From Phyllobates terribilis (Eukaryota), in assembly GCF_046119375.1 (NCBI RefSeq), contig NW_027362773.1:228656001-228720000 (forward strand): DNA of 64,000 nucleotides, given 5' to 3'. Every line of letters begins with the position of its first letter. Within the stretch, counting starts at the first letter, position 1. Below are positions 57,110 through 64,000 of this stretch, piece by piece. A program made the position numbers and the translations under genes. Under the pieces are notes generated by a model that worked only from the letters and a program-made list of their open reading frames with translations, did no database searches and was not told where the DNA came from.

Positions 57110-58459
57110 AATCAACAAATGAAAGTCAGACATTGCTTTTCAACCCTGCTTTCACAGAATTTTAAAAAAAATTAAACCTATGAAATTGGCCTGGACAGAA
57201 ATGATGGTTCTTGTTAACTTAATATTTTGTTGAACAACCTTTTGAGGTAATCACTGCAATCAAACAATTCCTGTAACTGTCAATGAGACTTCTGCACCTC
57301 TCGACAGGTATTTTGGCCCTCTTCTCATGAGCAAACTGCTCCAGTTGCCTCGTGTTTGAAGGTTGCCTTTTCCAGACGGCATGTTTCAGCTCTTTCCAAA
57401 GATGCTCAATAGGATTTAGGTCAGGGCTCATAGAAGGCCACTTCAGAATAGTCCAATGTTTTCCACTTAGCCATTCTTGGGTGTTTTTAGCTGTGTGTTT
57501 TGGGTCATTATCCTGTTGTAAGACCCATGACCTGCGACTGAGACCGAGCTTTTTGACAATGGGCAGCACATTTCTCTCTAGAATGCCGTGATAGTCTTGA
57601 GATTTCATTATACCCTGCACAGATTCAAGACACCCTGTGCCAGATGCAGCAAAGCAGCCCCAGAACATAACAGCCTCCTCCTTTAGCAAATTCCAGTCTG
57701 GTTTTTTTTTTATGATTTTGTTTTCAACAATGGTGTTCTCCTTGGTCGTTTCCCATGAAGTCCACTTTGGATCAAACAACGACGGATGGTGCGATCTGAC
57801 ACTGATGTCCCTTGAGCTTGAAGTTCACCTTTAATCTCTTTAGAAGTTTTCCTGGGCTGTTTTGTTACCATTCATATTATCCGTCTCTTTGATTTGTCAT
57901 CAATTTTCCTCCTGCGGCCACGTCCAGGGAGGTTGGCTACAGTCCCATGGATCTTAAATTTCTGAATAATACGTGCAACTGTAGTCACAGGAACATCAGG
58001 CTGCTTGGAGATGGTCTTCTTACCTTTTAACATGCTTGTCTATAATTTTCTTTCTAATCTCCTGAGACAACTCTTTCCTTTTCTTCCTATGGTCCATGTT
58101 GAGTGTGGTACACACCATGTCACCAAACAGCACAGTGAGTATCTGTAGCCCTATATACAGGCCGATTGACTGATTACAAGATTGTAGACACCTGTGATGC
58201 TAATTAGTGGACACAACTTGATTTAACATGTCCCTTTTGTCACATTATTTTCAAGGGTACAATAATTTCTGTCCAGGCCTATTTCATGAGTTTAATTTTT
58301 TTTCAATTCTGTGGAAGCAGGGTTGAAAAGCAATGTCTGACTTTCATTTGTTCATTTCCATAAATTTTTTATTTATTATTACTTTTGTCAAGTTATTTCT
58401 GTGACCATTGTGGGTTTTTCTTTCATTAAACGAGGGGTACCAACAATTTTGACCATGTG
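57110..58459 (-). mobile_element. Tc1 (DD34E) transposon, decayed and internally deleted (transposase 58097 to 57219)
   Basis: MDHRKKRKELSQ start; [19 protein letters not shown](34)..SPDLNPIE; inverted terminal blocks at about 57110-57210 and 58255-58360. Confidence 0.88.
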
Positions 58460-59110
58460 TTTATATCTGTGTTATTTGCTGATTTGTGATGTTTATTCTT
58501 TTTTATAAAACTCATTAAAAATTACAAGATTTTTTTCATTATCAAGTGTTTTTCATTATAATTGTTTTTTACAATTTTATAGGCTGATTTTTTTTTAAAT
58601 ATTTTTAGAATAAAAATATATATATTGTACACAGCAGTGTTTTTCTAGCAGTACAATAAGGCTATAGTCAACTTCTATAGTATAGATCAAGTACACAGAA
58701 TTCTCCTAGTGACATCAGAGCTTGTAGCTGAGCAGCTTAAGTGCCTATGTCAACAACATTTTAAGGTTGTGGCTTCAAGACCAGGGACTCACAAAAAAAA
58801 AAATGTTGTAATTGCAATTGCTCATTAGTTTTACTACTTTTGTAGGACCAAAACAATCATTTTCTTCACCTCAGTATACAGACTAGCGTCTCCACTACTG
58901 AAATTGACTTGCTGCAGGTGAGTTTGGATATGTGCCCATGATCAGAAGCCGCTCCGGGTTTGAAGCTGTGCAGCGTCCATATGTTACAGCACAGTGGTTG
59001 GTCTTTCTAGAAATCCCATGTCCACTATGCATGCATCTGAGGCTGCGGATCACCTGCGGACACGTACATGCGCCGTGTTTTTGCTGACGACACCAAATGT
59101 AGGATATTAA

Positions 59111-60370
59111 CCCTTTAACAATGGGTGACTTATTAGTACACACATTTGCGTACCCCACTGTTCAGTGAGGGCTGCTGCGCTGAGCCCTCACTGAACCGAG
59201 CACATGTCAGCTGATTCTTACAGCTGACATGTGCCCGCAACAGCCGCGGGTGGAATCGCGATCCACCCGCGGCTGTTAACATGTTAAATGCCGCTGTCAA
59301 TCTCCGACAGCGGCATTTAACGCGCGCTTCCTGGAAGGCGCGTCCTAAGCCCCGCCCACCGGCGACCCCGTCACGTGATCGCGGGTCACCGATGGGTGGG
59401 CATGACAACCCAGGGTCTACAGCAGACGCCTGTGGTTGTCATGATCTGGTCGCTATGAGCGCCACCTAGTGGTCGGCGCTCATAGCACAGGACCAATTCT
59501 GCTATATGCAGGGGATCTGCTGATCCCCTGTAGGTAGCAGAAACGATCGGATAGTTGCTGCTTCTAGTCTCCTATGGAGACTATTGAAGCATGCAAAAAG
59601 TGAAAAAAAAAAGTTTTTAAAAAAAATTAAAAAAATATAAAAGTTTAAATCACCCCCCTTTCGCCCCATTCAAAATAAAATAATAATAAAAAAAAACCCA
59701 CACACATATTTGGTATCTCCGCGTTCAGAATCGCCCCATCTATCAATATAAAAAAAGAATTATTCCGATCGGTAAACGGCGTAACGAGAGAAAAATTCTA
59801 AACGCCAGAATTACGTTTTTTTGGTCCCCGCAACATTGCAATAAAATGCAATAACGGGCAATCAAAACATCTTATCTACCCCAAAATGGTATAAATAAAA
59901 ACTTCAGCTCGGTGGGCAAAAAATAAGCCCTCACCCAGCCCCAGATCCCAAAAAATGGAGACGCTATGGGTCTTAGAAAATGGCGCTATTTTTTTTTTTT
60001 TTTAACCAAATTTTGGAATTATTTTTCACCACTTAAAAAAGAACCTATACATGTTTGGTGTCTACGAACTCGTAATGACCTGTAGAATAAGAATGGCAGG
60101 TCAGTTTTAGCATTCAGTGAATGTGGTAAAAAAATTAATAAAAAACAACTGTGGTATTGCACTTTTTTTGCAATTTCACCGCATTTGGAATTTTTTTCCC
60201 GTACACGATATGGTAAAACTAGTAATGGCGTTGAAAAGTACAACTCATCCCGCAAAAAATAAGCCCTCACATGGCCATATTGACCAAAAAATAAAAACGC
60301 TATGGCTCTGGGAACAAGGGGAGCAAAAAACGAAAATGCAAAAACAGAAAATGCTCCGGGGCTTAAGGGG
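59111..60370. mobile_element. Non-autonomous TTAA-flanked (piggyBac-like) element
   Basis: TTAA|CCCTTT ... AAGGGG|TTAA; non-coding; shares blocks with 41431-44321 and 51275-53800. Confidence 0.62.
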
Positions 60371-60374
60371 TTAA

Positions 60375-61155
60375 AATCTGAGCTTAACATTACAATGTTG
60401 CAGAATGATCTGGATAAGATGACTGAATGGGCGTGCACTTGGTAGATGAGGTTTAATGTAGATAAATATAGAGTAATGCACCAAGGACGGAGTAATTCTA
60501 TTGCTGCATATACATTAAATGGGAGTATACTTGGGACTACAGAACAGGAGAAGAACTTGGGTATTCTGGTTACAAGTAAGCTGAGCAGCCGTACTCAATG
60601 TCAAGCAGCTGCCGCAAAAGCAAACAAGAGTTTAGGATGTATAAAAAGAGAAATAAAATCCCGCGATCCCAATGTATTGTTACCCCTTTATAAATCACTG
60701 GTGAGGCCACATCGAGAATATGGGATACTGTTTTGGGCTCCACATTTTAAAAAGGATATTTAGAAGTTAGAGTCAGTTCAAAGGCGGCAACTAGATTATT
60801 ACAAGGGATGGAGGCCTCTCATATGAGGAGAGGTTGAAAATGTTGAGTCTGTTAAGCTTAGAAAAACGACGCCTCAGAGGGGATCTCATTTACATGTATA
60901 AATATATGTGTGGTCAGTACAAAAGGACTAGCACATGACTTATTCCTTCCAAAAACCATACTAAGGACCAGGGGGCACTCATTACGGGTGGAAGAAAGGC
61001 GATTCAGGCACCTAAACAGGAAAGGGTTCTTTACAGTCAGAGCAGTCAGACTGTGGAATACCTGACCACAAGAGGAAGTAATGACCAATATTATAACAGC
61101 TTTCAAAAAAGGGCTGGACGATTTCCTCGATACACATAATATTGTGGGCTACGGT
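60375..61155 (+). pseudogene. 5'-truncated CR1 RT C-terminal fragment (a family different from 35269-39569)
   Basis: LQNDLDKMTEWA, MRFNVDK, QCQAAAAKANKSLGCIKR, LVRPHREY..WAP, RLRGDLI. Confidence 0.88.
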
Positions 61156-61268
61156 TAAATTAGACAAAATATAACACCTATAGTAGAACATTTAATACGA
61201 TAATAGTAATTACATAACTAGTATTATAATTAGGTTTGATCTAGGGTTTTTGGACTTATCACCTTTTA

Positions 61269-61700
61269 GGCTATGTGCCCACGAAGCAGAAGTGCTCCAG
61301 ATTTTTTCCTGAGCGTTTCTGCATCTCCCTGGCAGAAAAGACGCATGCGGATTGTACATGCGGATTGTACATGCGGATTGTGCATGCGTTTTCCTGCCAG
61401 GGACATGCAGATGTGAAGCGTTTTTCACATGCCTTTCCGCATGCGGGTTGACAAGCGCTTTCCAAGCGATTTTAGCATCACTTGGAAAGTGCTTGACAAC
61501 TTGGTCACACTATATAAATCCATGCATATATAGTGTGACCGTAAAGAATGGTTAAAAATAAAAAAATAAATCTATACTTACCTTCTGATGGCCCCCGCAG
61601 TCTTGCTTCGCTCCGTCCTGGCTTGCCGGCAGCTCGCGGTACACTGCACTGAAGGACCTGCCGTCACATGACTAAATGACGTCAGCCCAGGTCCTTCAGT
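61269..61700. mobile_element. Harbinger-type MITE, left part, same family as 5609-6488
   Basis: TTA|GGCTATGTGCCCACGAAGCAG; colinear with about 5609-6050; contains (CATGCGGATTGTA)x3; right TIR not found. Confidence 0.8.
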
Positions 61701-63132
61701 CCACTGCGATCTGACGGCAAGGGCCGCTGATCTCCCGATGGCAAGTGTGAATGGAGGACCGGGGAACGGCGCCGCCTAGGCCGCCGGTCGGGGTACTTCT
61801 GCTGCGAGCAGCCCGGAGATGACCGGCTAGCGCCGGTCATCTGCCGGCTGCATCGCCGCTGACCTCCGTGCGGCAGATGAGCCGCTAACGGCCGCCATCT
61901 TGTTCTGAAATCCCGCATCGCTGATTGGCTGCGGCCAGACCAATCAGCGACGCAGGATTTCCTGGACGAACAGACAGACGGGATAAGCCAATTATATAGT
62001 AGATGTTTCAGGACCGCAGCATGTCAAACTCTTGCGGAGTCGCTAGTCTCCACAACAGAAATTTGACCACTAGAATCTATTGAATGCGGTAAATCCACAT
62101 GGTTCAGTGAACACATGTGGATTTACCTTTGTTAAATAGAAAGCTGTGTTTTGGAAGCAGCAAAAATAGGCTGCGTCCAAAGCGCTGCAATGTCCGGATT
62201 GTGGCAAACAGCCTAATATTAAAAAAATGGAGTGGACTTCCGTGTCATTTTCATAACCAGCAGAGGGAAAGCCAACCGCTGGGAGCTGATATTAGTGTCC
62301 AGGGACGGGGCCATTGGCCAAAAATGTTCCCTGGCTATTATTAACAGCCCACAGCTGTTTGCTTTACTGGCTAGATTATAGGGGGACCTCAGATAAAAAT
62401 TGACGTATGGTCCTCCTATAAAATCTAACCAGTAAAGGCTAAACAGACAGCTGTGAGCTGATATTAATAGGCAGGGACAGGGCCATGGATACTAGCCCCC
62501 TGCGAGGCTAATAATATCTGCTCTCAGGAGACACAGAAATGGCGCATCCATAAGCTGCGCCAAATCTTGCGCTTATCCTCCGCTCTTCCCACTGCCGTGT
62601 CGTAGCGGTGGCTAGTGGGATAATAAGGTTGGGGTTCATGTCAGCCATGTATTGGTTGCTGACATGAATCCCAGGTTAGTAATGGAGGGTGTCTATAAGA
62701 CGCCCCCATTATTAACCCCGTAGTAAGGTTTTTGACATTTTTCAATAAAGACACGGCTAGAATAAAGTCTTTTATTTTAAAGGGAATATGTCACCCCCTG
62801 GGACTTTTCAGACCGTTAATATGGGCATACAGGTGATAGAAATGTGACACTCTTGTCAGTGTATAGTGCTGCACTGCTGGGGCTGAGTTCACTGGAGTTC
62901 ATTAGCAGTTCATAAGCCAAACCTCCGACTCCTCAATTTCCATGACGACTCCAACTCCGACTTCCTCATACATGGCTCATGTTTAAGTGATAAATTTACT
63001 GTAGCACAGATTCATCTCAGCTAAAAGTCTAGACCCTTAGATCAGGAATAGGACATTTCATAACTTTCCCAAATTCTTATGAAAAAATATTCCCCACAAA
63101 CTGCATTGAACTACTATACCCAATTTATTATA

Positions 63133-64000
63133 CAGTGCTCAAAAAAATAAAGGGAACACTTAAACAACAGAATATAACTCTACAAGTAAATCAAACTTCT
63201 GTGAAATCAAACTGTCCACTTAGGAAGCAACACTGACTGACAATCAATTTCACATGCTGTTGTGCAAATGGAATAGACAATAGATGGAAATTATTGGCAA
63301 TTATCCAGACACCCTCAATAAAGGAGTGGTTCTGCAGGTAGGGACCACAAACCACATGTCAGTACCAATGCTTTCTGGCTGATGTTTTGGTCACTTTTGA
63401 ATGTTGGTTGTGCTTTCACACGTGTGGTAGGATGAGACGGACTCTACAACCCACAGAAGTTGCTCAGGTAGTGCAGTTTATCCAGGATGGCACATCAATG
63501 CGAGCTGTGGCAAGAAAGTTTGCTGTGTCTGTCAGTGTAGTGTCCAGAGGATGGAGGCACTACCAGGAGACAGGCCAGTACACCAGGAGACGTGGAGGGG
63601 GCCGTAGGAGGGCAACAACCCAGCCGCAGGACCGCTACCTCTTCCTTTGTGCAAGGAGGAACAGGAGAAGCACTGCCAGAGCCTTGCGGAATGACCTCCA
63701 GCAGGCTACAAATGTGCATGTGTCTGCACAAAAGGTTAGAAACCGACTCCATGATGGTGGTATGAGGGCCCGATGTCCACAGATGGAGGCCTCCATGTGC
63801 CCGACAGAGGTAGCTTGACTGCCATTAGGTACCGAGATGAGATCCTCAGACCCCTTGTCAGACCATATTCTGGTGCGGTTGGCCCTGGGTTCCTCCTAAT
63901 GCAGGACAATGCCATACCTCATGTGGCTGGAGTGTGTCAGCAGTTCCTGCAAGATGAAGGCATTGAAGCTATGGACTGGCCTGCCCGTTCCCCAGGCCTG
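63133..64000 (+). mobile_element. Tc1-family transposon, internally deleted, running off the window end
   Basis: TA|CAGTGCTCAAAAAAATAAAGGGAACAC; ATG at 63432 ([20 protein letters not shown]); jump near 63790 to RYRDEILRP..MQDNA.PH..MDWPARSP. Confidence 0.88.

Noticed and set aside
61245-61268. Flank of the third MITE copy resembling the PLE target site
   Set aside because: Only weak AT-rich similarity beyond TTA; not enough to claim sequence-specific targeting.

Overview
Eukaryotic, gene-free, transposon-saturated window. The MITE, L1, Penelope, Tc1 and hAT families seen are typical of frog (anuran) genomes; this taxon call is an inference. No host exon, rRNA, tRNA or CRISPR array is supported. 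From left to right: (1) a decayed Penelope-like retroelement (RT + GIY-YIG) with a duplicated 3' end (pseudo-LTR), hammerhead ribozyme motifs and nested MITEs; (2) a Tc1 remnant and a decayed hAT element that hosts a solo LTR, which in turn hosts a full-length intact L1 with a 15-bp TSD; (3) a 20.6-kb nest: a Chapaev3-like DNA transposon, containing a decayed antisense L1, containing an intact Tf1/sushi-type chromoviral Gypsy element, a related solo LTR and an intact CR1; (4) non-autonomous TTAA elements, minisatellites, Tc1-family copies (one DD38E with an uninterrupted transposase ORF but an inverted start region), a head-to-head hammerhead palindrome and a CR1 fragment. The most notable signals are at RNA level: an A3-U8 covariant hammerhead core, an inverted hammerhead pair, a self-priming PBS, a PEG10-type GGGAAAC + pseudoknot frameshift, and a CR1 5'UTR with octamer-bearing monomers and an apparent intron. 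All coordinates were read by eye; no database search was run.
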